The notes under the pieces were generated by a model. That model made no database searches. It was not told where the DNA came from and saw nothing but the letters and a program-made list of their open reading frames with translations. A DNA stretch of 59,489 nt, the filler included, from Squatina squatina (taxonomy: Eukaryota): the NCBI GenBank assembly GCA_031763465.1. It is 3 parts of 3 records of this genome, joined end to end, with 100 filler letters (N's around TTAATTAATTAA, not from the genome) between each part and the next. Parts side by side here need not be neighbours in the genome. Positions count along the whole stretch, not along the records: positions 16,779 to 41,771 come from JARFOE010000016.1; positions 41,872 to 59,489 come from JARFOE010000001.1; 1 more part is not named here. One strand, given 5' to 3'. A program made the translations under genes and the position numbers. Below, one piece after another: positions 34,965-46,455 of the stretch. Within the stretch, counting starts at the first letter, position 1; each line of letters starts with the position of its first letter.

Positions 34965-35371
34965 NNNNNNNNNNNNNNNNNNNNNNNNNNNNNNNNNNNN
35001 NNNNNNNNNNNNNNNNNNNNNNNNNNNNNNNNNNNNNNNNNNNNNNNNNNNNNNNNNNNNNNNNNNNNNNNNNNNNNNNNNNNNNNNNNNNNNNNNNNNN
35101 NNNNNNNNNNNNNNNNNNNNNNNNNNNNNNNNNNNNNNNNNNNNNNNNNNNNNNNNNNNNNNNNNNNNNNNNNNNNNNNNNNNNNNNNNNNNNNNNNNNN
35201 NNNNNNNNNNNNNNNNNNNNNNNNNNNNNNNNNNNNNNNNNNNNNNNNNNNNNNNNNNNNNNNNNNNNNNNNNNNNNNNNNNNNNNNNNNNNNNNNNNNN
35301 NNNNNNNNNNNNNNNNNNNNNNNNNNNNNNNNNNNNNNNNNNNNNNNNNNNNNNGCCCTTGTTAACTGTAC

Positions 35372-35490
35372 CTTCCCTTGTATACTCTCAGCTTGCACTT
35401 GACTTTCTTCTGCAGGCTCCTCAAGCTGAGAGCTGTCTGTAGAGGAGTTCTTGCTACCCTCAGATTTCTGCATCTTCTTTCCCTTTTGAT
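35372..35490 (-). CDS. FANCD2: FANCD2 exon (low-complexity linker)
   Basis: tttttccttgaag|(D)QKGKKMQKSEGSKNSSTDSSQLEEPAEESQVQAESIQGK|gtac; phase 1 to 0 fits the flanking exons; corresponds to human RKQKTDGSKTSSSD. Confidence 0.82.
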
Positions 35491-36246
35491 CTTCAAGGAA
35501 AAATACAAATAAAAACAAAAAATTAACTCGAACTTACTGATATTAGACTCTTATACCCAGGAGTTGAATTATAAATTTATTGGGACTTCCTGCTCATTTT
35601 ATCCCCCTCTTACTTTGCTGACGACATTGGCTTCAGTTCCAAAGGCACCAGCCACTGGTACCCTGGCCAAGTGGCGATTCCTTATCTGTGAGCACTGGCA
35701 AGCCATTCAACTGCGATGGGGAATCACAGCAGAGTTCGATCATTTCCCAAACAACATCTGAAAATGCATTCTTTCCCATAAGAGTCATTCAATAGTGGTC
35801 AGCAGCAGGAACCCTGGCTGCTTTTCCTCTCCCTTGTGCTGAGATCACCCAACTCACTGTGGCTGGTGATCGGAGCTTCGGATCCTGCTGCTGTATAGAG
35901 TTCACGGGATAGACTGGCAGACCCTGCAGGCGAACTCACTTTTCATTTGAAAATTGAGCAGATACTTCAGAGCCAACTTAACCCCTCTCCCCAAACATGT
36001 TATTGGTCACAGAAGATGGGGAGGAAGAAAAACAGAGACTGGGTCAACTGGAGTCACAATGGTACAGAATGCCATTGCCCTCTTGGCCACTGATGGTGCA
36101 TGATCTGAACAGAAAAACTCGGCTGGGTAAGGGAGGCCATTTAGCCCACCACAGCTGCACTGGCTCTCCAAGAACTTTCTGTTTAGTCCCATTTCCCTGC
36201 CCTCTCCCCAAACTACCAGAATTTTTCTTTTTCAAACTTTAATCAC

Positions 36247-36348
36247 CTTTCTTTCCTTTCTTAGCTGGTGCTGCAGGAGCTACGGTTGGAGGAACCTCAG
36301 TGATCTCTGAATCAAAGTTTGCCAGCGGAGGGACATATCCAGGGGTTG
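36247..36348 (-). CDS. FANCD2: FANCD2 exon
   Basis: catttcag|(A)TPGYVPPLANFDSEITEVPPTVAPAAPAKKGKK|gtgat (human TPDYVPPLGNFD). Confidence 0.9.
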
Positions 36349-37269
36349 CTGAAATGTTAAAGAAAATTGCTGTAGGTTAGAACCTTCACAGTGAACACTA
36401 AGGACAGCGGTAGAATTATAAGCACCAAAATAAAAAATAAGCACAGTTACAATGAGGAAAAAGAAGAGCTTCTACTGGTATCATTTTTAGATTAACTTTG
36501 GAGGGCCACGTGCCCTTTTAACTCAGAGGCGTNNNNNNNNNNNNNNNNNNNNNNNNNNNNNNNNNNNNNNNNNNNNNNNNNNNNNNNNNNNNNNNNNNNN
36601 NNNNNNNNNNNNNNNNNNNNNNNNNNNNNNNNCCCACCATTTTCAAAATTCAGCAAAATGATTTGTTGAAACTCCACAACACTCCCCTCCTCCTCTTTAA
36701 ATGACCTAAGCAGTGCCTGTGTGAGGGAAAGCCCCCCCCATTTAAGTATAGATGTGGGCTGATAGGTAAGTGGAAGCAGTGAAGTCAATTGAGGAATTCA
36801 ACAGCTAAAAGAAACTAAGAAAATCAGTGCTAAGTATGGGACCATTAGCGCTGAAATTAGCACATTTTTTAAAGCTGTTTGTAAGATTTTTTCTTAGTGT
36901 TGAAACGCCAGGATTTAACAAAAATTCCTAAGAGCTGAACTTTGCACCTCCCTATTCATCCCTTAGCACCAAAAACTCAGGGCAATGAAATTGGGAGAAA
37001 CAATTGTTTATTTCTTTCTTTTATTCTTTTAAACCTGCTGAGTCAGACGAGAGTGCGACCGAGTGAGCCATGGGTGACACTTGTACAAAGCCTTGTACGC
37101 ATTATTGTCGTGCCACAGCTCAGTGCAACAAAGCTACAATTAGATTAAAATTCAGGAACAAAACATTTAGCATAAGGAGCTGTTTGTATTTTAAACGGAA
37201 TATTCTGAACCGCTTTTGTGGGAAATGATGTGATGACTTGTGACATCCGTAGTAAATCCCATGAATCTC

Positions 37270-37680
37270 TACAGTCGCTGGGATTGTTCTCCTTAGAGAT
37301 TTAAGAGAGGTTTAATAGAGGTGTTCACAATTATGAAGGATGGATTAAATTAGGAGAAATTGTTTCAACTGGTGGGCGGGTCAATAAACATAAGACACAG
37401 GTTTAAGATAATTGACAAAATAAACAGAGGTGACATGAGGAGAATTTTTTTTAAGCAACGAGTTATTATGATCTGTAACACGTTGCCTGAAAGGGCGATG
37501 GAAGCAGATTCAATTTTAACTTCCAAAAAGAGAATTGGATAAATAATTGAAGAGGAAAAATCTGCAGAGCCACGGGGGAAGGATGGGGGGAGTGGGGCTA
37601 ATTTGATTGCTCTTCCAAAGAGCCGGTGCAGGTATGATGGGCCAAATGGCCTCTCTCTGTGCTGTAAGATTCTATGATTT
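37270..37680 (+). mobile_element. CR1/HER1-type LINE 3' end
   Basis: HRFKII...RRIFFKQRVIMICNTLPERAMEADS plus a gggccaaatggcctctctctgtgctgta tail. Confidence 0.78.
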
Positions 37681-38139
37681 AATGGTTCTATCCTGAATGT
37701 ATTGTGCCTGAGTCCTGCAAGATTACATAAAAAGTCACAGAGGCAGTGAAAAATACTGGATTCTTGGCAGATCTGAACAACAATAAGTAACTCATTGCAA
37801 TAAATCACTTCTCCATGAATTAATAGTGACTCAGCTCAACAACCGTTCTGTCGTACCCAACTGGACAAGGTTTTGCTTAGTTTTTCCCTTTCAAAAAGAA
37901 CTCTTCATTAACCAATGGTTAAGATATTTATTTTCATGGCACATATAGTGTTGATACCAAACTTTATGTAGAGAATTAAATGCCAGCTTCAAAGCTCAAG
38001 AATCACAAAGGGCAGCAATGACTTCAAAAGCCAATGATGAGTAAAGTGCAAAATCTGGCAGAACTTTTTCACACAAAGGCTAATAGAGTTGTGGGATGAG
38101 TTACCAGGAAAGGACATTAAATCAGACTGTATATTAGAA

Positions 38140-38510
38140 AGAAAATAAAGTCTTGCACTTCCATAATGTATTTCATGACCTCAGGATGTCACAAAGCACT
38201 TTACAGCCAATGAAGTAGTGTTGAAGTGTAGTCACTGTTATAATGTAGGAAACACGGCAGCCAATTTGCACACAGCAAGATCTCACAAATAGCAATGTGA
38301 TAATGACCAGATAATCTGTTTTAGCGATGCTGATTAAGCAATAAATACTGGCCCAGGTCACTGTGCCATGGGATTTTTTACGTCCACCCGCGATCTCAAG
38401 ACAGGACATCAGTTTAACGTCTCATCTGACAGTGCAGCACCTCCTCAGCACTGCACTGGAGTGACTGCCTAGATTTTTGTGCTCAAGTCTCTGGGATTTG
38501 AATCCACAAC
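38140..38510 (-). mobile_element. Deu-domain SINE with internal deletion
   Basis: Same family; lacks the gaagagcagggg segment. Confidence 0.78.
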
Positions 38511-38575
38511 TAGACACTGCAGGCAGGTAAAATAGACAAACATGCACAGCCACAATAGCATAAACCATTCCGAAC

Positions 38576-38684
38576 CTGCTATGCACTTCTCCAGCAACAC
38601 CTGCAGCTGTGTAATGTTCTGCAACCGGAGGAGTACCTTTCCCTTCATCTCAGTATCCCGCTGCTTACAGAACGCATTCACTAC
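38576..38684 (-). CDS. FANCD2: FANCD2 exon
   Basis: ccttccag|VVNAFCKQRDTEMKGKVLLRLQNITQLQVLLEKCIA|gttcg; 109 nt. Confidence 0.93.
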
Positions 38685-39802
38685 CTGGAAGGCAGACAGA
38701 AAAATAAATCACTAGTGACAACCCAAATGATAGCACTGTCTTTCTGTACACATTATTGGTCAGCTACACACACTGCAACTGTCTTTTGCATATTTTGACT
38801 TTGTAATTCAAGGAGTCAGATCAGCAACTAAATCTGTACTTATCCATCACAGAATCAACATTTAGAGCTTAAAAACAGTTTTCCCATCCACTACATACTG
38901 ACACCAGACCAGCTCATTAATGCAATTTGATGACTATCCCAGTATATAGTGCATGACATACCTGGAGTGCAGTGAGGTTGAGGTGTGGGATTTCCTGCAC
39001 CAACAGCACATAAAAGGCAATTACAATATAGAATGGCCTTGTAGAGGGAGGGAAGGAGACCAGTGTCCAAATAAAAATTGTCCTCTTTGAACCAACAGTT
39101 AAAGAAAAAGCATCCATGGTAGCCTTATTCTAAGTTTAGGGCTGTGCAAGAGATTTTAAAACACTAGCCTTCCCTGCCATCTGGATACACAATGTGTAGG
39201 CTCTTGAGTACTGGCATTGCTTTGGGCCTTCATTGGAGGATGTAGAATGCACGGGGTGAATGGTCGGCCTCCCTGACTGATAATACGGGAGTGGTGTCTA
39301 ATGTGCTTCAGTGTAATTGGTGCTGACCATCTCATTATCATCCTCATTGTGTGGAGGGAAAGTGCTACTGCAGAGAAAGAGAGCCAAAATCTCAGGCTAA
39401 CTATATTCTGTTAATCCCATACACCATTTAGTGGCAGAAATAACAGTGGTGCTGAGGACAATTATAGCCCCTGAACAACTGCCTTGGCTCAGTTCATTTA
39501 ACAGCCCAGATCAAGGATCGNNNNNNNNNNNNNNNNNNNNNNNNNNNNNNNNNNNNNNNNNNNNNNNNNNNNNNNNNNNNNNNNNNNNNNNNNNNNNNNN
39601 NNNNNNNNNNNNNNNNNNNNCAGAGTGGCTACTTATGGATTCCACTGTCTACTCATTTCCAGGTTTAGAGGGTTACATCTTTGCAAAAAATCATTCTCAT
39701 TGGAAAAAAAAACACTCTTCCACTCTTTCAACAGCCTTGCTAAAGCATTTGCCCCCCCAGAGTCATTAAAGACTTAATGAGATGAGATGTACGTTACAAT
39801 AC

Positions 39803-39912
39803 CTGTCATAAGCCATGCAGCCCACCATCATGACTGCCCCAATGATCCCAATGCGCTTGTATTTGGATATTGTACTAGACAGCTGTTTCCTGACAACAAT
39901 GTGCATGTCATC
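39803..39912 (-). CDS. FANCD2: FANCD2 exon containing the monoubiquitinated lysine (human K561 equivalent)
   Basis: ttccgcag|[36 protein letters not shown](R)|gtat; the DDMHxVxRKQL motif carries the ubiquitination site. Confidence 0.95.
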
Positions 39913-40124
39913 CTGCGGAATTGGACAAGGCAACTGTTAGCAATCCTTCTAGTTAACATGAACATTTCCGCAAGGGCTAGTTCTTGTAGGTAAAGAAAAT
40001 ACTTGTAAATGCATACACAAATGCAGGTTTTAATCAGACCATCCATCCGAACTTGCAGAAGGGCTCTAAAGCACAGGCATGAGAAACCCATGGACTTTTG
40101 AGACTTTCAGATTCTCTCCCTCAC

Positions 40125-40232
40125 CTGAATGTGACTGCCCTCCTGTCCTCTGCTAAAAGCCAGTGTGCTGAGTACAAAAAACAGCTTCCTAATCTGTTGG
40201 GGAGACAAGTTTTCCATGTAATCCAAGATACC
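40125..40232 (-). CDS. FANCD2: FANCD2 exon
   Basis: ttttgcag|[36 protein letters not shown]|gtgag; 108 nt. Confidence 0.95.
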
Positions 40233-40560
40233 CTGCAAAATAAAAAAACAAACTTCCTAAAGATGCAATAAAGATTGCCATGAGAACCATTTTAAAGCAC
40301 TGCTAAGTTTCTCTACATGCCACAGAAATATTACCACTCCAAACCCCGCCACATATATGATTCGACCCATTTCAGGAACAAGCCGGGGGTTAGTAGCAGA
40401 ATCAGAAGGGCGGACGGATGTCCAGCCCCTCAACTGAATCACCACAGACCAGGGATTTAACCTGGGACTTACCTCATCTGGACAGCTGAGTATCAAGACG
40501 AGGGTCCGTCACCACCTTCTCAAGGCAACCAGGAAATTGAGCAACTGCCGCCCACATCCC

Positions 40561-40725
40561 GAGGATCAGTGCTGGGGCCTCAGCTATTTACAATCTGTAT
40601 TAATGACCTGGACAAAGGAGCCGAGTGTAACGTATCCAAGTTTGCTGACGATACAAAGCTAGGTGGGACATTAAGCTGTGAGGAGGACACAAAGAGATCT
40701 AGATAGACTAAGTGAGTGGGCAGTA
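40561..40725 (+). mobile_element. CR1-type LINE RT fragment
   Basis: GSVLGPQLFTICINDLDKGAECNVSKFADDTKLGG. Confidence 0.85.
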
Positions 40726-41152
40726 AACATAGAAACATAGAAAATAGGTGCAGGAGTAGGCCATTAGGCCCTTCGAGCCTGCACCGCCATTCAATATGAN
40801 NNNNNNNNNNNNNNNNNNNNNNNNNNNNNNNNNNNNNNNNNNNNNNNNNNNNNNNNNNNNNNNNNNNNNNNNNNNNNNNNNNNNNNNNNNNNNNNNNNNA
40901 CTCAAAGCTTCTTGTTGTGAACCAGAGAAGGAAGGAGGTCGAATGCCAACAATTGTCACAGCTCTTAGTATTGGCTTGGTTCCACAATGACAGGTCTGTG
41001 AAAGGCAAACAGTGTCCATATGGTTCACAGGTGCCCACAACACACAAAACCAAAATAGTGTCATACCAAACCTTAGTACTTCATTGCACCCACCCATTTA
41101 ATATTTGACCTTGAAAACTTTGTCAACATAAAGAAATGACATTTGAGATCAC

Positions 41153-41258
41153 CTTAATCCAGGCTTCAGCTGTCGCTTTCCGAAACCGCACAGCAGCTTT
41201 AATGACATCGAACATAATCGCAACGCAGTCGTGACCGCTGTTCTGATTCACTGAGGTC
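41153..41258 (-). CDS. FANCD2: FANCD2 exon
   Basis: ttttatgtttag|xTSVNQNSGHDCVAIMFDVIKAAVRFRKATAEAWIK|gtgat (human [29 protein letters not shown]). Confidence 0.9.
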
Positions 41259-41542
41259 CTAAACATAAAAACAGAACATTGATCAGCATTATCAACATTG
41301 TCCTCTGAGCGAGCATTGCATTGTATGCAAGGAACTCCCGAGGTGCACGGATTGCAGAGATCAGGTGTATTTTCCCATATGCTTGGTGGACTCCATCAAT
41401 ATAAAACGATACAGCCTTGCATGCTGAGCATTACCCTGGTTCAAAATCACCAATTCTTCAAAAGATTTTGGAAATTAGGAGCTCGTGGATTAAAAATTAA
41501 GAAGTTTATTATCAACGGGTTTGTAAGTCCACAGGGCTATTC

Positions 41543-41771
41543 ATAGAAACATAGAAGATAGGAGCAGGAGTAGGCCATTCGGCCCATCGAGCCTGCTCCG
41601 TATTCAATGAGATCATGGCTGATCTTCCAACTTCAGTACCCTGTCCCTGCTTGCCCCGTATCCCTTGATCCCTTTAGCCTTGAGAGCTATGTCGAACTCC
41701 CTCTTGAATATATTTAATGATTTGGCCTCAACTGCTTTCTGTGGTAGAGAATTCCACAGGTCCACCACTCT
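41543..41771 (-). mobile_element. CR1/HER1-type LINE 3' tail
   Basis: catagaaacatagaa...ggagtaggccattcggccc...gatcatggctgat; similar tails at 40728-40799, 48375-48495 and 50110-50200 (-), and 41872-42012 (+). Confidence 0.78.
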
Positions 41772-41815
41772 NNNNNNNNNNNNNNNNNNNNNNNNNNNNN
41801 NNNNNNNNNNNNNNN

Positions 41816-41827
41816 TTAATTAATTAA
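41816..41827. other. Artificial scaffolding spacer TTAATTAATTAA
   Basis: Same N44-12mer-N44 structure as at 16679-16778. Confidence 0.93.
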
Positions 41828-42706
41828 NNNNNNNNNNNNNNNNNNNNNNNNNNNNNNNNNNNNNNNNNNNNAGCTTTATGTTTAGCAAAGGTATTAAGGG
41901 ATATGGGCCAAAGGTGTGTATATGGAGTTAGGTCACAGAGCAGCCATGGTCTCATTGAATAGCGGAACAGGTTCGAGAGGCTGAATGGCCTCCTGCTGTT
42001 CCTATGTTCCTATCAAAAGAAAGAAAAAAGCCAAAATAATTAAAATAGGGCTGAAATATTGCATGTCAATGGATTTACCTGTGCCTTTTAAGTCAGCTGA
42101 TTTCCCATTAATGCTGTATCGCCATGGGCACTGTTTAGATATGATTGTCTGCATGCCAAAGCATTCGGAAATGGCGGCAGCATATCCCTGTCCCCAAAGG
42201 AAAGCTAAAATGAAGCGCTGCCTAATTGAGGTAGGCACTTCCTACACTGTTGGTTCCCACCTCCAGTGAGCTAGTATCACTGTGTCAAGATTGGTTTTAA
42301 ATAGTGTGGAATAAGAATCAGACATCGTCTATTACTATGGTTTCATATGTGCATTCGGAATATCAACCTCTTACCTTCAGTTTCTGTAAGGCGCTCAGTC
42401 TAGTGTATAGACACTGCTCTGGTAAATCCTTAGAGAGTAGGTAGCTGCCTGTTTCTTCTGGCGTTCCTTTGTTTGTCTTTTTAGGATCGATGTCTAAGTC
42501 CTGTTCGCATAACAAAATATATCATAAATAGAAATAGTTTGTGGTTACTTGTCTCATCATGTTGAAAATAAATGCCAATTATTCACTATNNNNNNNNNNN
42601 NNNNNNNNNNNNNNNNNNNNNNNNNNNNNNNNNNNNNNNNNNNNNNNNNNNNNNNNNNNNNNNNNNNNNNNNNNNNNNNNNNNNNNNNNAGTGTTTCAAA
42701 CCTTAC

Positions 42707-42914
42707 TTGTCGTAACAGTTAAAATCATCCAGCCAGCAGCCTTTCTTGACCAGTTCGATTGAACCGGAATTATTCCGCCAGGAAGCGTAGCAGTGAAGGC
42801 GCTTGTCCTTCTCGCCCTTGCACGGTTCCACACCGGTCCGGTTCGTCCTCTCAACCTCCCAGTTTGCATTGTAGTAGGCACACTTCCTGGTCTCTGCCTC
42901 GCCGTGTCCCGGAC
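42707..42914 (-). CDS. ACVR2B: Activin receptor type-2B exon 2 (extracellular ligand-binding domain)
   Basis: ctcgcag|(G)[68 protein letters not shown]|gtaag; 208 nt. [18 protein letters not shown] and LDDFNCYD are 2B-type. Confidence 0.95.
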
Positions 42915-42993
42915 CTGCGAGGTCGCACAAAAAAAAAAGTTAACAGGTCAGGCGAGCTCACACCCAATGCAAGTGGGCGCCTGGGAAATGCCC

Positions 42994-43172
42994 AGATCAG
43001 CCAGCAGCATCTGTGGGAGGGAGAAAGGAACAGAGTCACCGTTTCACCCGAAACGTTAACGCTGTGTATCCCCCCGTCTCTCGCCACAGATGCTGCCTGA
43101 CCCACTGGGCGGTGCCAGCATTTTTGGTTTTATTTCAGATTTCCAGCATCTGCAGTGTGTTGCTTTTGTACT
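42994..43172. repeat. Fold-back derivative of the same Penelope-like repeat
   Basis: gcagcatctgtggga...cgtttca / cgaaacgttaac...ccacagatgctgcctgac...atttcagatttccagcatctgcag. Confidence 0.7.
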
Positions 43173-43814
43173 AGTGAACATCTGTTGGACACTTAAAAAT
43201 AAACACAAGCTTTAAGCGTTTGGTTTGGGTCGGGGGAGAAGAGAGAATTAGTCCTAAGGTGTGACAAAGACCACAAGCTTGTGTTACGAAACTCCCCTCC
43301 CCGCCACCTCCCCCATCACAATCATTAAAGGAGATTACTCAATGGACTCAGGTTTCATGTTTATTGCATACTTGAAATAACTGGACAACAACTAGAGCTG
43401 TCAGAGACCAAGTCCTCGTCCAAACTCCCCTGAGCCCCTGCCAGATAGTAGGAATGCTTTACCGTGAGCCTTTGCCCACTGCAGGTTTCGTGCCAGGGAT
43501 TCAGCAGAGCAGCCTGATGAATGGATCGGGTCAGTCAAGGCTCTCTTCTCACACAGACTGCTGCGAATTTCCAGAGCTTGCTTTCCTTTGGTGAGGTCAC
43601 ATTTTCCCATATCTGCAATTTAAAACATCAGCAGTACATTAAGATGAGAAAATAAACTTCCAACACTAAAAAAATCTATAATAAAATCTTAAAATGCTGG
43701 AAATAAGTAGCAAANNNNNNNNNNNNNNNNNNNNNNNNNNNNNNNNNNNNNNNNNNNNNNNNNNNNNNNNNNNNNNNNNNNNNNNNNNNNNNNNNNNNNN
43801 NNNNNNNNNNNNNN

Positions 43815-43987
43815 TATTCAAAAGGGAGTTAGATGTGGCCCTTACGGCTAAAGGGATCGGGGGGTATGGAGAGAAAGCAGGTACGGGGTACTGAGTTGAA
43901 AGATCAGCCATGATCTTATTGAATGGCGGTGCAGGCTCGAAGGGCCGAATGGCCTTCTCCTGCACCTATTTTCTATGTTTCTATGTT
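43815..43987 (+). mobile_element. Young CR1/HER1-type LINE 3' tail
   Basis: FKRELDVAL...gaagggccgaatggcc...tttctatgtttctatg; near-identical copy at 45038-45190. Confidence 0.8.
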
Positions 43988-44718
43988 AAACTCACATTAA
44001 CCCCTTACAGTGCTTTATGCCCACATTCCCCTACCTCACTGTAGTGCCTTATTGTGGGCCCAGCTAGGATCAGTTAATTCAGCACAAACCAAGAATTGAG
44101 AGACATTCCTGGTCTTTATGGCTCAAAACCACAGTGATGCATTTACTCACTAAGTACCTGGGAAACTCTATTCCCCTTCTTTTGCCTCCCAGGGCCACAG
44201 ATTCTCCTTAGTCGAGAGGGAAGGTGGGTAATCTCCTCTCAGCTGCTGCAATGCTACTCTGACACTGCCGTGTGTGACTTAGGATAACTCTCACTTTAAA
44301 TTTTCCTCCCATGTCCTCTGTTCAACACAGCATCTCCCTGTGGAAGCATGGCTGTGACTGCGGCCTCAGCACATGGATTACTGTAAGTACAAATGCACAA
44401 CCTATCACTTCATGGCCTGGTGAGTTTGGCTGACAGAAATGTGAAATAAAATGAGTAAAGCTATTTAAAAAAAACCAAACATTGTTATTTAAAACTGTGG
44501 AAGGTTACTAACATTACTGTTGTATCTAAACCATTAGGGTTGGTTTCTTACCCCCATCCCAGTTTCAACTAACTCAGTATGACAGCTGTTTGGCTGTCAC
44601 TGTCTAACTGACCATGGGATGGCTTCAAAGATGGAGATCAACAGAAGGAAGCTTACAATGGAAGCAGTGCGTTTAGTCCTATTAAATGAAATATGGTGCA
44701 GGTTTCACTGGTTCTTAC

Positions 44719-44896
44719 CTTTTCCTGCACATGTCCAGCAGGAAGACATTCAACCCCGTCTCCTTCTCTTGCATTAGTTTTAGGATGCTCTGCACACACA
44801 AGCAGTTTGCTGACCTATAGGGATTCGGAGCATTAATCGGCACCATAAAACTGTTTCCATAGTTTTCGTATCCGTGTCCAGCATAGTACAACAAAC
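44719..44896 (-). CDS. MALT1: MALT1-family paracaspase, caspase-like catalytic exon (His-Cys dyad)
   Basis: attccag|(G)LLYYAGHGYENYGNSFMVPINAPNPYRSANCLCVQSILKLMQEKETGLNVFLLDMCRK(R)|gtaag; YYAGHG and LDMCRK motifs intact. MALT1 (PCASP1) versus PCASP2 is unresolved. Confidence 0.92.
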
Positions 44897-45037
44897 CTGG
44901 AATAATTAACCCAGACGTACATTAAGTCAAACACAGTNNNNNNNNNNNNNNNNNNNNNNNNNNNNNNNNNNNNNNNNNNNNNNNNNNNNNNNNNNNNNNN
45001 NNNNNNNNNNNNNNNNNNNNNNNNNNNNNNNNNNNNN

Positions 45038-45190
45038 ATGTGGCCCTTACGGCTAAAGGGATCAGGGGGTATGGAGAGAAAGCAGGTACAGGGTACTGAG
45101 TTGAATGGTCAGCCATGATCATATTGAATGGCGGTGCAGGCTCAAAGGGCCGAATGGCCTACTCCTGCACTTAGTTTCTATGTTTCTATG
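45038..45190 (+). mobile_element. Young CR1/HER1-type LINE 3' tail
   Basis: Near-identical to 43830-43987. Confidence 0.8.
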
Positions 45191-45889
45191 CTGTAATGAT
45201 GCAAAACATACGCTAACAAGCTTCTTTATTCAAATTCCACTAAATTCATATTCCAGCTCCATCTTTGATTGACTGTAACAACTATTGTGGTTTAAGATGT
45301 TACTATGTTTGTATATTTGTTTTTCTATGGGATGACATACTGTGGCAACTTGAAAATCAGTTATAAATCCTGCAGTGGTGAATTCTATGTTAAGGTTTGT
45401 TTGTTGTTTCTTTTGGATAGAAGAATAGCCCATTCCTATTTCCCACTGGAGAAATCATTTGAGAAGGAACGGATCACAAAGTAACCAGCATGCATTAGAA
45501 TTGGCATATCTAGGTCCCAGTAGAGTTTGCAGCCATTCCACCAGAGTTACAGTGGGAGTCCGCGAGAACAGCCATGTAATCTCAGCCCTGCCAGCAGCAG
45601 GCAGCACTCACAAGCTTAGTTTCCAGTCAAGAGTTCAACTGGTTGAGATACTAAACAAACCAGCTTAACCATCATACGACTCACCTCTGGCTTTCTTACT
45701 GTACAATCCTATACTACTTTGGTTCAAAGGGTATGTTTAATGATGAGATAATATTTTCTCTTTCACCCCCTGTCCAAAAATTGTAGTTTATAGTAAACAC
45801 AACATCACATTACAATGTATCATGGGCTTATACTGATTATATGTATTTGTTATACAATGTCAACTCTCAATCAAATTTTTGAATAATAA

Positions 45890-46303
45890 AAGAAAGAACT
45901 TGCATTTATATAGCACCTTTCATGTCCACTGGATGTCCAAAAGCACTTTACAGCCAATTAAGTACTTTTTGAAGTGTAGTCACTGTTGTAATGTAGAAAA
46001 CGTGGCAGCCAGTTTGCACAAAGCAAGCTCCCACAAATAGCAATATGATAATAATAAGGAAATCTATTTTATGGTGATATTGATGAAGGGATAAATATTG
46101 TCCAGGACACCAAGGAGAACTGCCCTGCTCTTCTTTGAAGTAGTGCCATGGGATCTTTTACATCCACCTGAAAGAGCAGGCGTGGCTTCGGTTTGCCATC
46201 TCATCCGAATGAAGGCACCTCCGACAATGTACTCCCTCACTACTGCACTAGAGCGTCAGCCTAGATTTTTGTGCTGAAGCCTCTGCAGTGGATTTGAACC
46301 CAC
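45890..46303 (-). mobile_element. Deu-domain SINE
   Basis: Same family, from the aaagaaagaacttgcatttatatagc tail to the atttgaaccc B box. Confidence 0.8.
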
Positions 46304-46358
46304 TGTTAAGAGGTAAGGGTGTTACTCTTAAAACTCTCAAAAAAGATTAACTCCTTAC

Positions 46359-46455
46359 CTATAATAATGTCTGCTTCCATACTCCATTGTTCTGCCTTGT
46401 CATTGAACACATGGCAACGGTACTGTCCCTGATTGTCCAGATTTATTTTACTTAT
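46359..46455 (-). CDS. MALT1: MALT1-family paracaspase, Ig2 domain C-terminal exon
   Basis: aatag|ISKINLDNQGQYRCHVFNDKAEQWSMEADIII|gtaag; 97 nt; aligns with human HQGTYWCHVYNDRDSQDSKKVEIII. Confidence 0.82.

Noticed and set aside
30163-41258. FANCD2 as a reduced gene or pseudogene, since only nine exons are present
   Set aside because: All visible exons are intact with canonical splice sites; the missing exons mostly coincide with gaps in a fragmented assembly.
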